DNA of 64,000 bases from the human T2T-CHM13v2.0 reference genome, Homo sapiens. Both the position numbers and the translations under genes were made by a program. The stretch lies in NCBI RefSeq assembly GCF_009914755.1, contig NC_060925.1; one strand, 5' to 3'. The notes beneath the pieces were generated by a model. The model did not search any database and had not been told where the DNA came from. It worked only from the letters and a program-made list of their open reading frames with translations. Below are positions 39,833-57,679 of the stretch, one piece after another (position 1 is the stretch's first letter; every line of letters begins with the position of its first letter).

Positions 39833-40127
39833 TTTTGTTTTGCTTGAGACAGGGTCTTACTCTGTTGCACAGGCTAGAGTGCAGTGTTGTGATCACTGCT
39901 CACTGCAGCCTCGACCTTCCAGGCCCAAGCAATTCTCCCACCTCAGCCTCCTGAGTAGTTAGGATTACAGGTGTGCACCACCATGCCCAGCTAATTTTTG
40001 ATTTTTTTTGTAGAGAGGGGGTCTTTCTATGTTGCCCAGGCTGGTTTCAAACTCTTGGGTTCAAGCAATCCTTCCACCTTGGCCTCCCATATTGTTGGGA
40101 TTAGAGGTGTGAATCACCTTGCCTGAC
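39833..40127 (-). mobile_element. AluJ, full length
   Basis: Dimeric Alu with J-type features (cactgcagcctcgacc; ctatgttgcccaggctgg). Confidence 0.93.
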
Positions 40128-41499
40128 TCATGTGATCTTTTGACTGTCTCTTTACCATTATCTTATTTATTTATATTTTTACTATTAAGTCACTCATTCA
40201 CTCATTTATTTATTTATTCATTCCATAACATTGTTGAGGCCTACTTACTATGTGTTAGACTTTAAGGATTCAATATTGAGCAAAAGTAGATTAGGGCAGG
40301 TTCTTATGGAGCAAAAGTGTTTTAGAGGAGCATCTGAGTAAAGAGGCTGGAGGATTTGCAGATTGTTGTGAGAAAGTAAGACGTCTGGAGCAAACCCAGT
40401 TGATGGCAAGTTCATTGGTTGGCCTTGGGAATGTGTGGGCGAAATGGAGCAGTGAGGAGGGTTACAAGAGTTGAGGAGGTCATTGAGAGGTCAGCGAGTT
40501 GGATAGGCCATCTATCTGAATGTGGAATTCACACTGTAGTGACAGTAAGACTTGCTATGGAGAGAAAGTGAGCCAGGTAACAAAATCTTCAATAAATGAG
40601 GAAATAGTGGTGAGGCAGCAATAAAGAGAGATGGTACAAGTCTCAAAGGAGCAGAGCTGTATCCATTGTGAAGCAGGCAGGAGTGGGGAATGAAAAGGCT
40701 GCCCTGGGTTCAATCTCTAAGATATATGGGGTGCAGGATAATGAATAACTTTCATCAAATAGAGTTGTTGGAGATGAGACTAGCCTAGATGAGGGATATA
40801 TTTTCCTTGGGGTTAGGAAGTATCTTGAGTTTCCAGTAAAGATTTGGCATAAGGAGTCCAACATTGGAATGGACATTTTGGAAGTCACGGTGAAGACTTT
40901 GGTCTAGAAGAATCCATAAAAGCTCAGATTGATGGAAAAAAAGCATAGAACATAAAGCAAAAGTACAAAAAGGAGATTGATAATTGCAGGTAATTCCATA
41001 CTAGGGGATGGCCAAATTTAATGTAGATGTGAATCATGGTAGGTCCAGTTATAATGTCTTTTATTTGTCTGTTTGTTTTAACTTTCACTGATATATCATG
41101 CTTTTTCCTCTGATACTTTGAATGGGCTCTTCCTTAATCCTGGAAAACTTTCCAGCCTCTGTTGCAATAGCCAACCACCAACTAAATTTGAGAAAGTTGC
41201 CTGACCTTTGTCCTTCTCTCTTCATATCATCATGTTGTATAATAATAACAATGCATTTGCTGTTCCAGGCTGTAAACTCCACAAGAGAAAGACCTGCTTC
41301 TGTCTTTAATTTTTAATATTTCTGCTGCCTACCAGAGTGCCAGGCATATAGTAGATTTCTAGATACATAATATTTGTTGAATGAATGTTTGAAGGAATGA
41401 AATAGGGGAATGAAGTTGGGATTTGGACCAGAAGAGTCTGGAGTAAAATCTCAGCTCTACTGCTATGTGTTAGTTATAATAACCCCCATGTAAATGGAA

Positions 41500-42332
41500 G
41501 AAGAAAGGAGTTGTCTTTCTGATAGCTTTATCATGTGCAGGGTGGCCTTGTGTCCAAATATAATGACATCCACCCCTCGAGGGAGGGAGCGCGCAGGTGA
41601 GCATGTGCAGGAGCCAGAGCGAGTGCTTTTGGGCACCAGCAGGAGCAAAATCTTTGCGGCAGCATCCAGCCAGTGGTGTCTGCGACTCCCAAAGTCCCAG
41701 AAGGCATGTTACACTGCTCTTTTAGCTCTGCTGTTGACAGATGGCTTGAATGTTAACAGCTCAGTGGGCCCTATGCCATTTTGCATGAGGTGGCTGCCTC
41801 TCTGCCAGTGAGGGCAAAGGACCAGTGTGACAGCCTTTCATATTTGCACTCATGGCTCCAGAGCTCTTGTTTGGCATCCAGGAAAAATGAAGTTGCATGA
41901 ACGAAATGAAGGATGGTAAATGTGGGGGATTTTATTGCTGGTGAAAGTAGCTCTCAATGGGAAGGGGAGCAGAAAAGGGGATGGAGTAGGAAGGCAATCT
42001 TCCCCTGAAGTCCAGCCATCTCTGGTCAAATTCTTCTCCAAAGTTACACTGTCAAGCTGTCCCTCTAAAGTCAAGCTGCTGCTCTCTGACGTCCAGGCAT
42101 AGTCCCCAGTATCCAGCTTCTTCTTCTCTCTGCCAGCTGAGTCTGGGGTCTTTATAGGCACAGGACGGGGTAGGGTGGAGCCATGGGTGGTTTAGGAAAG
42201 GACAACATTCCAGTGGGAAAACAGGGATATAAGTTCTCACTTTGGGCTGTGGTTTCAGGCTTTTTGGCTTGGGATTTTTGCTGGGGACCTACCCTTTTCT
42301 GCCTAGAATTTCTCTGCCTCCTGCCCCTATCA
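41500..42332 (-). mobile_element. ERV1 LTR (LTR27/LTR28-like; LTR1/MER52-related)
   Basis: The - strand starts TGATAGGGGCAGGAGGCAGAGAAATTCTAGGCAG, with TATAAA (42151-42156) and AATAAA (41931-41936) in LTR order. GC-rich relative to its flanks. Left boundary approximate. Confidence 0.8.
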
Positions 42333-43924
42333 CAGTGTCCATCATTTTTATTAGAAATGTAGAACAAGACATAATGCTGAACATATGAATTTAGACAAAG
42401 TCTGTTATGAATTCAGTCTGCAATATTAAACAGAATAAAGTTCATTTTCAGGTGAAGCTTCAAAAGTAAGCTCAGTAGAAATAGCCAGTTTTTATAAAAT
42501 AAAAACTCATTTGTACTCACATCCAAACTTGTTCTGAATATTTTTGCAGCTTCAAAAGTATTTTGAGAAGTCTCTTAGTGTTTTCTCTTTTTGGATTTTC
42601 CCTGTACTTCCTCTTTTAGATGGGGCCTGGAAAGTTGAAGTTCTGAATTTCATAAGATATTTTTTTCTTTTAGAAATGTCTACCCTAAACAGATGTAAAA
42701 AGGACTAACATCCAAATGGAAAACTATTCATTTCCTATTTGAAGATCTATCAGAGTTAATGACTTTTTTTGAGAAAATTACATTTATTTTTGTTTTAGGA
42801 GATTAGTATATAAGAGTTATTTTAAAGGTCACATAAACTTATGGGGCTAGCTGCATTGACCATAGTAGACTTTACAGATACTCATTGATTTATATGCAGT
42901 TATGGAATGAAGCAATGCTAATGAAACTCTCATGGAGCATTCACAGCTTATTGTTGCCTTCCTGATAGAATATTGAGGAAATTAATGTGTTGTCAAAGAA
43001 ATGAATGTTTTTTTTTTTTTCAGTTTTAATGTTATTCTTTGATTTTGCAGCTAAGTGGTTTTAAACAGAGCTCTACAGAGTTTGTTTAGGGTAGATCTTG
43101 GAACAGTTTGGCTTTTACCTGTTTTACATTTCTTTTCTGTGTACCATTTGATTTGACAAAAGTATCCTGTTTTTTTAAAAAAGTTTGAAAAACATTGATA
43201 TGGGTAGTTGCCACAAAAAAATGAAATTGTTTGGAATTCATTTATGTAAAGCTGTAAGCCTGGAAGTCACCATTTTCCCACTTCAGAAATTATAATATAA
43301 AGAATGATAAAAATAATACTTAGCTTTTATGATGGAAATAGCAAGTGAAGTATATTTTATGAATTTTTTTCATCTGATGCCATCACCTTGGGCTTTCAAC
43401 CATGAGAAATAATTATTTATAATGTATTCAACTCTTCAAAGATTATAAGAAGACAATTTTTGCTCATATTTGACAAAAATCAAGGCCTAAAAATGTATAC
43501 TTTATTTATAGCTGGTGAGGGAGAGCATTTACAAAGATGGCAAAAGGTAGAGTCCTCCATCATAGCTGACTCTTGAATTCTTGTGCCTACGTGAATCTAT
43601 CTTTTCTTTCATCATACTGTCTTATTTCTCTGATCTCTATTATAGTGCCAGATTGTGAGCTCCTAAGGGCAGGGAGGACAAGGGTTTTGCTTTAAATGCT
43701 TGTAGTAATTTACCCTAAAGTAACGTTCAATTACTATGCTTTTGAATAATGAAAAGAATGAGTGAGTGAATACAATATATACATATATATGTGTTTGTGT
43801 GTCTTTCACTTCATTATGAACACAAAGAAAGCATGCTTATGACATTTATCTTTGTATTCTTGTTGATATAAATCAGATTTCAATATATGCTAAAATACTC
43901 ACAAAATACTTTCTACCAGTATTA

Positions 43925-45300
43925 TTTGGCTGCATGAACTAAAATGCAAAATGCATTCATATTAAGTGTGCATTTTGACAAATGTATATGCTTATGTATT
44001 CCACTACAATTATGATACAGAACATTTCAACCACCCTTAAAACTTCCCTTATGCCCCCTTTCACTCACTTCTGCTCCCTGTCATTCAGGCTGTTGACAAC
44101 TGATTTGTTTTCCTTCAGTTGATTGGTTTAGTCTTTTAAAAAATTTCATATAAATGGAAATTTTTGGTCTAGATTTTTAAATTGAGTATCATGTTTTTGA
44201 AATTTACCCAAGTTATTGTGTGTATCATTAGTTGGTTCCATTTTACTTAGCGCATCTGATTTTATGGATATACCACAATTTGTTTATACCACAATTTGTT
44301 TGTTGTTGGATATTGGAATTGTTTCTAGTGCTTATTTATTTTGGATAAAGCTCCTATGAACATTGCTGTATGGTTCCTTGTGCATTTTCAATTTCTAAAA
44401 TTTAGTCATTCTAATGTATTTTAATTTCACTGTGGTTTTAATTTGGATTCCCCTCATAATTAATGTTGTTAGTTGCTAGTTCTATCATTTCTGTCACTTG
44501 AGGGTTTGTTAATCAATTAATAGATATAGGTCATGATTTTTTTTTTTTTTTTTTTTTTTTTTGCTTTTTAGTATGTCTAGTGATTTTGGATTGTAGACTA
44601 GATATTAGTTATTGTTGAGTATTGGATTTTGTTGTGTTCATTTAAAAATCATTGGACTTTATATGACAGGGAGTGGGTTACTTGTAGATTTGGTTGATCC
44701 TTTGAGGCTTTTTAGAAAGTTCTTATAGAATGAGTTTTAAAAAATACCTTTATTCCATGGATAATTTAGTTCTACTTATAAGATGTGGCCCTTTTGTGGC
44801 CTCCTCTAATTTCACCATGTATTCAATGAGGTCTCATTATTTCAATGAGGCTGAAAAGAACTCATGTAATTACTGGTCCTGTGTGAACTCTAGGAATTTT
44901 TAACTTATTTATCTCATGTAATTTTTCCTTTGTAGAAAGTGGTTCTCTCTTAACCTCATGGGGCTTACCTTTTGCATGCACAGATTGTTATTTAGACAAA
45001 GAATCAAAAAGCTCCTTATGCAGATATCTGGACGCTCTTGTCTTCATAGCTCCCTTTTATCTATAATTCTGCTCTTAAAAATCTAACTGCTTCAGCTTCC
45101 CCTAACTCAGATTTCTGTCTTTTTAACTCAATTATATTTCCAGGCTGGAAATTGCCTCCAGCTAGAAATCCTGAACTCATCTCACTTTTTTGTTATCTCT
45201 CAAGGGTAACAATCCTATTCTCTCTCTTATGTCTAAAAAAAGTTACTTTCTATATTTTGCCTAATGGCTTTAGTTATTTGTAGGAGGGTAGTTTCTAACT
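43925..45300 (-). mobile_element. Ancient L1M fragments
   Basis: ttttgacaaatgtat...gatacagaacatttc...ttcatataaatggaa...ggatataccacaatttgttt is typical of L1ME/L1MC 3' ends. The segment after ~44520 is less certain. Confidence 0.6.
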
Positions 45301-48181
45301 TGGCAGTCCCTCATGAAACAAAATTGATTTGAATGTGTCTGAAACAGGTTACTAAGTCAATTTACCTGTTTGGGAAAGGTGATCACACTTTGTGAGGAAT
45401 ATTTTATAGAGGACCCATGGGGGACTGAAGGCGAAAAGTGCAAAGAGCATGATATCTCAAAATCAGAGCAGTTGTACTTTATTACGTTATATATTGATTA
45501 TTCTGAAAAAATGGCTTAAAGAATGGCATTGATCGTATCAAAGGATTGAACATTATTGATTTTGGAGACAAAAATATGATTGTTTTGTATAAACTGGTAA
45601 AATAGTATAGTTACAAATAACAGAAGACGTATACTCTTAAAATGTTATCAAGTTGAGCATTAATAATTAAAAAGAAAAATTACATTAATATATCTTTTGG
45701 AAAGGTTTATAATGCCATCCTTGGACATGCCTTCATTTTATGTTTTTTTTTTGGTAGTGGTCCTTGTTTGTCATGAGAACTGTGAAAAGTTGGAGGATTT
45801 CAGAGGAGCAAAAGTTATTAAAGGAATTAAGAATTCAGTATATTAGAAACAAATTATTCATTATTCTTAAGAATGAAGATACATTACTAAGTTACTTCAT
45901 AAAGATACTGTACAGGAAAAATATCTCCACAAACTCATCCGAGGAAGTACAAGAATAGCTAGTTTGCTCATATAAAGGCATACAGACATAAAGACCATGA
46001 TTATATGGTTTTTGAAAATCATTAGGCAATATTTATGTCCATTGAGTGTTATAGTTGAAGCAGAGAACTGAATAATATGATCCAATTATTTTATGAAATT
46101 ATCATGTTACATAGGTAAATATTATTTCCTTATTACCTGTGTTAAAAATTACTTTAGTGACAAATTTCCTGACGTTTTTTTTTTTCCTTTTCTCTAAACC
46201 ACTAGTATGATTGCACTACATGTCACTATAGTAAGGGAGTATGTTTCTATATTCAGTCCTCTAAATTAGGTTTCTTAAGGTATAGGCTTACTGCTTATTG
46301 CTCTGTTACTAAGATTTATAAACATCACTGTATGTCTATAACTAGGTGAATCAGAAGATTTTGGAGAAGTAGATAATTTGATTTCCCAGTGCCAGATACA
46401 TTATCTCATTTAATTATCTACCCTGAATAAAGGAGGGATAGTGGCCAGTCATCTACCCTGCAATTCATAACACTTCCAAGGAAAAATTGATTCCAATTGT
46501 CTTTTCTGCTATGCCAGTAATACTGTGCTTTTCATAGTATTATGGCTCAAAGGAATGATTCCATGGCATGTATATGATACCAAATTTAATTTAAAAGTAG
46601 TCTCTTTACAATTTTGTAGACATTCTATAAGGATTCACCAATTGGAAATCTACCTTTTTAAATTAAAAAAAGTATCTAAATGCTTATTGTGTCCCTGATA
46701 TTCTGTCTAAAGACAGATAAGCATCATTTACATAACTCAGTGATGAAGACTACAGATTTTGTACCATCTCTCTCTCTTTTTTCTGCTCTGGTTACAGTGT
46801 TCTTCCAATAGAATATGCAGGGCTCAGAGCTTCAAATACTTATAGCCTTTTTACTGCGTGTTCTATTGGAAGAAAAAAAAAAAGAGATGAGGGGAGTGGG
46901 TGGAAACAGAGAAACAGAGAGACAGCAGAAAGAAAAGCCCAATTGTGTACATGCTGAATGACTAATAGTCATGTATAATTTAAATGAAGTAAACATCCAA
47001 CATACATAGTTAAGTAGATAAATACCTAAGAGATTCTTTGGTTAGGTGTTTAAGAAACTTTAGGTCCTATGAAACTTGAAAATAAAGCTAGAATGCATCT
47101 CCTTTGAAAAGGTTGAGGATACTTGTTTCTCATTATAAGTCTTTTTAATTCATCTCTTACTTGCACAAACTGTATTTATAGATAAAAATATATATTCAGA
47201 TTTTCTCATCTTAAATCAAATGTTTAATGCAAAAGAAAAAGCATGTAGTTTTTTTTTTTAGAAAATTGTGTTTACCACATCAAATTTAGTTTTACATATG
47301 GAATGTATCATAAAGATATATTATGGAAAATTTTATTTAATACACTCCAATGTCAGCTCTCTTGCCCAAGTCTTCATCACTTCACACCTGGATTGCTGCA
47401 ATAATTTATTTTTTCTTGACTTCTACTTTTCCCTACCCAATCCAGTAAGATAAGCTTCCTCAAATATCACTTTCATCACGCCCTGCCCCTGTTCTAAAAA
47501 CCGATTCTACTGCCAGTTGAATGGTGTCCAAATAGTTCTTGTTGGAATTGCAGCCCTTCTAAAATCTGGCCTCACCTTGCCATCCAAATGTATCTCCAGG
47601 TATTTCCTAATACTCCATTCCCCACTCTAATTAGGCTAGCTTTTTTCTGCCCCCACACATGCTGGGTACTTTGCTGCCTCGGCACTTCTGCTTCCTTAAC
47701 CTGAAATAACGTCACTTTTTAGCTTTTAACTTCTTTCCTTTCCATCTTTCAAGGGTCATCTTTTGTCCCTCTTAGTATATAAATCCTGCAAGTGTCCACC
47801 TGCCATGTGTACACTTTCCTAGTCTGACTTCCTAGTAAGTAAGTCTGCAGTACTTACTATTTCTTCAGAAAATATGTTATGACACATTTTCTCATCCATA
47901 CTAAGCAGCAGTTTTTAAACAGTGAAATAATTCAATAGCTCTTAAATGAAATTTATTTATTTATTTATTTTTTATTATTATACTTTAAGTTTTAGGGTAC
48001 ATGTGCACATTGTGCAGGTTAGTTACATACGTATACATGTGCCATGCTGGTGTGCTGCACCCACTAACTCGTCATCTAGCATTAGGTATATCTCCCAATG
48101 CTATCCCTCCCCCCTCCCCGCACCCCACAACAGTCCCCAGAGTGTGATTTTCCCCTTCCTGTGTCCATGTGATATCATTGT

Positions 48182-52009
<3,828 letters not shown>

Positions 52010-52072
52010 TATGATGTTAGCTGGTTATTTTGCTCGTTAGTTGATGCAGTTTCTTGCTAGTCTCGATGTTCT

Positions 52073-53088
52073 TTACATTTTGGCATGATTTTGCAGCGGC
52101 TGGTACCGGTTGTTCCTTTCATGTTTAGTGCTTCCTTCAGGAGCTCTTTTAGGGCAGGCCTGGTCGTGACAAAATCTCTCAGCATTTGCTTGTCTGTAAA
52201 GTATTTAATTTCTCCTTCACTTATGAAGCTTAGTTTGGCTGGATATGAAATTCTGGGTTGAAAATTCTTTTCTTTAAGAAAGTTGAATATTGGCCCCCAC
52301 TCTCTTCTGGCTTGTAGAGTTTCTGCCGAGAGATCCGCTGTTAGTCTGATGGGCTTCCCTTTGAGGGTAACCCGACCTTTCTCTCTGGCTGCCCTTAACA
52401 TTTTTTCCTTCATTTCAACTTTGGTGAATCTGACAATTATGTGTCTTGGAGTTGCTCTTCTCGAGGAGTATCTTTGTGGCGTTCTCTCTATTTCCTGAAT
52501 CTGAACGTTGGCCTGCCTTGCTAGATTGGGGAAATTCTCCAGGATAATACCCTGCAGACTGTTTTCCAACTTGGTTCCATTCTCCCCATCACTTTTAGGT
52601 ACACCAATCAGATGTAGATTTGGTCTTTTCACATAGTCCCACATTTCTTGGAGGTTTTGCTCGTTTCTTTTTATTCTTTTTTCTCTAAACTTTCCTTCTC
52701 GCTTCATTTCATTCATTTCATCTTCCATCGCTGTTACCCTTTCTTCCAGTTGATTGCATCGGGTCCTGAGGCTTCTGCATTCTTCACGTAGTTCTCGAGC
52801 CTTGGTTTTCAGCTCCATCAGCTCCTTTAAGCACCTCTCTGTATTGGTTATTCTAGTTATACATTCTTCTAAATTTTTTTTAAAGTTTTCAACTTCTTTG
52901 CCTTCGGTTTGAATGTCCTCCCGTAGCTCAGAGTAATTTGATCATCTGAAGCCTTCTTCTCTCAGCTCATCAAAGTCATTCTCCGTCCAGCTTTGTTCCA
53001 TTGCTGGTGAGGAGCTGCCTTCCTTTGGAGGAGGAGAGGCGCTCTGATTTTTAGAGTTTCCAGTTTTTCTGTTCTGTTTTTTCCCCAT
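52073..53088 (-). pseudogene. L1 ORF1, disrupted
   Basis: MGKKQNRK start at 53088. CGA>TGA at codon 49 (52942-52944) and a 1-nt deletion near 52120 that shifts the C-terminus (ALNMKGTTG instead of ALNMERNNR). Confidence 0.95.
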
Positions 53089-53991
53089 CTTTGTGGTTTT
53101 ATCTACTTTTGGTCTTTGATGATGGTGATGTACAGATGGGTTTTTGGTGTGGATGTCCTTTCTGTCTGTTAGTTTTCCTTCTAACAGACAGGACCCTCAG
53201 CTGCAGGTCTGTTGGAGTACCCAGCAGTGTGAGGTGTCAGTGTGCCCCTGCTGGAGGGTGCCTCCCAGTTAGGCTGCTCGGGGGTCGGGGGTCAGGGACC
53301 CACTTGAGGAGGCAGTCTGCCCGTTCTCAGATCTCCAGCTGCCTACTGGGAGAACCACTGCTCTCTTCAAAGCTGTCAGACAGGGACATTTAAGTCTGCA
53401 GAGGTTACTGCCGTCTTTTTGTTTGTCTGTGCCCTGCCCCCAGAGGTGGAGCCTACAGAGGCAGGCAGGCCTCCTTGAGCTGTGGTGGGCTCCACCCAGT
53501 TCGAGCTTCCAGGCTGCTTTGTTTACCTACGGAAGCCTGGTCAATGGCGGGCGCCCCTCCCCCAGCCTCGCTGCCGCCTTGCAGTTTGATCTCAGACTGC
53601 TGTGCTAGCAATCAGCGAGACTCCGTGGGGTAGGACCCTCCAAGCCAGGTGCGGGATATAATCTCGTGGTGCGCCGTTTTTTAAGCAGGTCGGAAAAGCG
53701 CAGTATTCGGGTGCAAGTGACCCGATTTTCCAGGTGCCGTCCGTTACCCCTTTCTTTGATTAGGAAAGGGAACTCCCTGACCCCTTGCACTTCCTGAGTG
53801 AGGCAATGCCTCGCCCTGCTTCGGCTCACGCACGGTGCCTGCACCCAGTGACCTGTGCCCACTGTCTGGCACTCCCTAGTGAGATGAACCCGGTACATCA
53901 GATGGAAATGCAGAAATCACCCATCTTCTGCGTTGCTCAGGCTGGGAGCTGTAGACTGGAGCTGTTCCTATTCGGCCATCTTGGCTCCTCC
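53089..53991. promoter_or_regulatory. L1 5'UTR: internal sense promoter (-) and antisense promoter (+)
   Basis: CpG-rich 903-nt 5'UTR with an intact YY1 site (cggccatcttg, 53973-53983). Promoter activities are established for this family but are not shown for this copy. Confidence 0.75.
53544..53633 (+). pseudogene. L1 ORF0, truncated to 29 aa
   Basis: MAGAPPPASLPPCSLISDCCASNQRDSVG*. A 1-nt deletion (GTG GGC GTA > GTG GGG TAG) creates the stop at 53631-53633. Confidence 0.85.
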
Positions 53992-54414
53992 ACTTGGGGA
54001 GACTTAAAAGCCTGAAATTTATTTTACAATCAGTGGCGTATTATATAGGTTGATTGGAAGTGTTTTGCCTTTCTGACTGGCACAGAAAATAATGGTGCAT
54101 TTTAAAATTTATGGTGTTTTAAGAGTTGGAAAATCAGTGTGTACTGTATTAACATATTTATATTAACAATTAATATTACAATTATTTATTGTTTCCTAAT
54201 GGTTTCCCGAGTGTGTGGTATATTGCCCAGCATCATTGTAAATTTTGCTACCACGGAAACGTTTTTTTTCCATCTTACTCCCTTAGAATACACTACAGCA
54301 TCAGATATGTACTTGAGCTTCTTTGATTCAATTAGTGAAACTATTTTAATTAAATTAAACTTGACAAATATAAAAAACATGCTTGGTTAGAAAAGTGCTT
54401 TTATGAATTATTGT

Positions 54415-55365
<951 letters not shown>

Positions 55366-56602
55366 TTTTATTTATTTTTTTTGTATAGGTTTAGAAAAGC
55401 TTCCAACAAAGATTTTGGATTTTCTTTGAGAAATATGGTGACAATTATAGAAGACAAGTACTTTAGATTGAGCTATAGGATTCACATGAAAATAATTACT
55501 GAAGCTGTTACCATTACTCATTTTTGTTTTTTTTCCTGACACGGTAGTTTGGGTAGTTTCTGGCAATATCTTTCTGTTGATATTTAACTACAATTACTTT
55601 TAGCTTTGTGGAAATCTACTGACCATTTTATTTAGTCTCTAGAGTTATCAATTTGGCTTTCCTAACTTCTGAGTCACGAGTTAGTTATGTGAATGCCTGG
55701 GAGTTGGGGGTGACTTAACATTTTGTTGATTACTTCCTTAGATTAATATTATTTGTTATTTTTTGTTTACACATATTTACAATTAATACTAGCATTGTTT
55801 ACTGGAAAATAAAGTTAGAAATAAAACATTTGAACCTCACCGATGCTGCAACTATCTATTTGTAAATATATGTTGCAAGTAAAAGCCATGGTTTAAAATC
55901 TTTGCATTAAATCCCTAATGAATTAATAGTTCTTAGTGATTTTTTGTATGTTCCAAGATATTTTGTGGGTTTTGAGTATTAGATAATTATCCTATACTTC
56001 CATTTCTTTATCCTGTGATTGCTGAGAGCAATACTGTAGTCATTTTTCTTGGCGATATTCTTTCCTACTCAGGAATGTTCAGGCCAAGACATTTGGTCTC
56101 TTACTGAATCATAAAGCTGTATTTCTTAATTGTTCTAAAATTAAAGGTGCTGACTTCAGTATATTTAATTCCAGAAGTTTGTACAGAGTGTGTGGCTAAT
56201 TACAATAATAATTAATTATGACTCAGAAATGAGAAAGGACTATTCCCTTCTGTCTGTCACAATGTTTCATTTACAAAACAAGCAAGGCCTTAGAAAATCA
56301 CCAAGGGATCAGTGCAGGTTTATGTAACCATGATGAATTTCCAAATATTTCTTTTGTGATGTGGAAACTCAAAGTGCTGAGTACAACCAGGTAGTGATGG
56401 AGTGCATGTTAAGAGCCTCATACTGAATGAGCATGTGTAAGACCTTTCTTACATTGTCATTGGGTAAAGAATACACAGTGTTAGGATTTGCCCTTTCCTT
56501 GGTAAGTAAGACACTGATTAATTCATAACTTATAAATTGCCACATTTGGTTTGTTCCCTAACTCCAACCTTAAATATGTTGTTATAGTCTCATTTAATAA
56601 TT

Positions 56603-56893
<291 letters not shown>

Positions 56894-57679
56894 AGTCTCA
56901 TTTAATAATTCCAAAATATGTTTTAGGACATGAACTCTTTTTAATGTCTTTTGCATTCCCAAATGTCTACTAGATGGGTGAATACATAGTATTAATAAGT
57001 ATGTATTGAAATAAGAAGGGTAAACATTATATGTATAGTATAATAAACCTGTGTGTAAGAACACACAAAAACTCACGTGTACACCCATATACGTATGGAA
57101 AGAAAGACCAAAATATTGAAGATAATTATTTGCAGGTAGTACAATAATGTGTTATTTTTCTATGATTCTTTATTTTACATGTTTACATAGAATTTATTAC
57201 TGTTATGATAAAACATTTTAATACAAAATTTGAAAATGAAGAGGTAATATAAAATAATGTATTTCATTTGTGCTAAGCAGAGAAACAGAAAGATCCTTGG
57301 AACGGATGCCTCAAAACTTTGGTCAAGCTGAATCTCAGTGTTAGATAATCATAGAGGAACTGGCATTCTCCTAATCGTTCTAATATATACATGGGTCTAA
57401 TAGTCATGAATAGAATAGTTTTGCAAACCTCTGTTGTGAAGGAATACAAAATGAACGAGTGTACCTGCTATTTGATTTGTAGGTATACTATAACTTAAGA
57501 GTTTTCTTCTCAATAGTTTTTAAAAAATATGATCATCCATAATCAGTTATAACATTTTGGCTGAAGTAAATTTCAAATATACCTTGATGCTGTTTTAATT
57601 TTCTCTTTTCCTTTAATTGGCAAAGTATTGATTTTTTAAGGTGATGCCTCTTGAACCAACTTTCCTTTTGTAATTCTGG

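Noticed and set aside
53423-53608. 61-aa + strand ORF in the L1 5'UTR as ORF0
   Set aside because: Non-ATG start and a different frame. The real ORF0 starts at 53544 (MAGAPPP).
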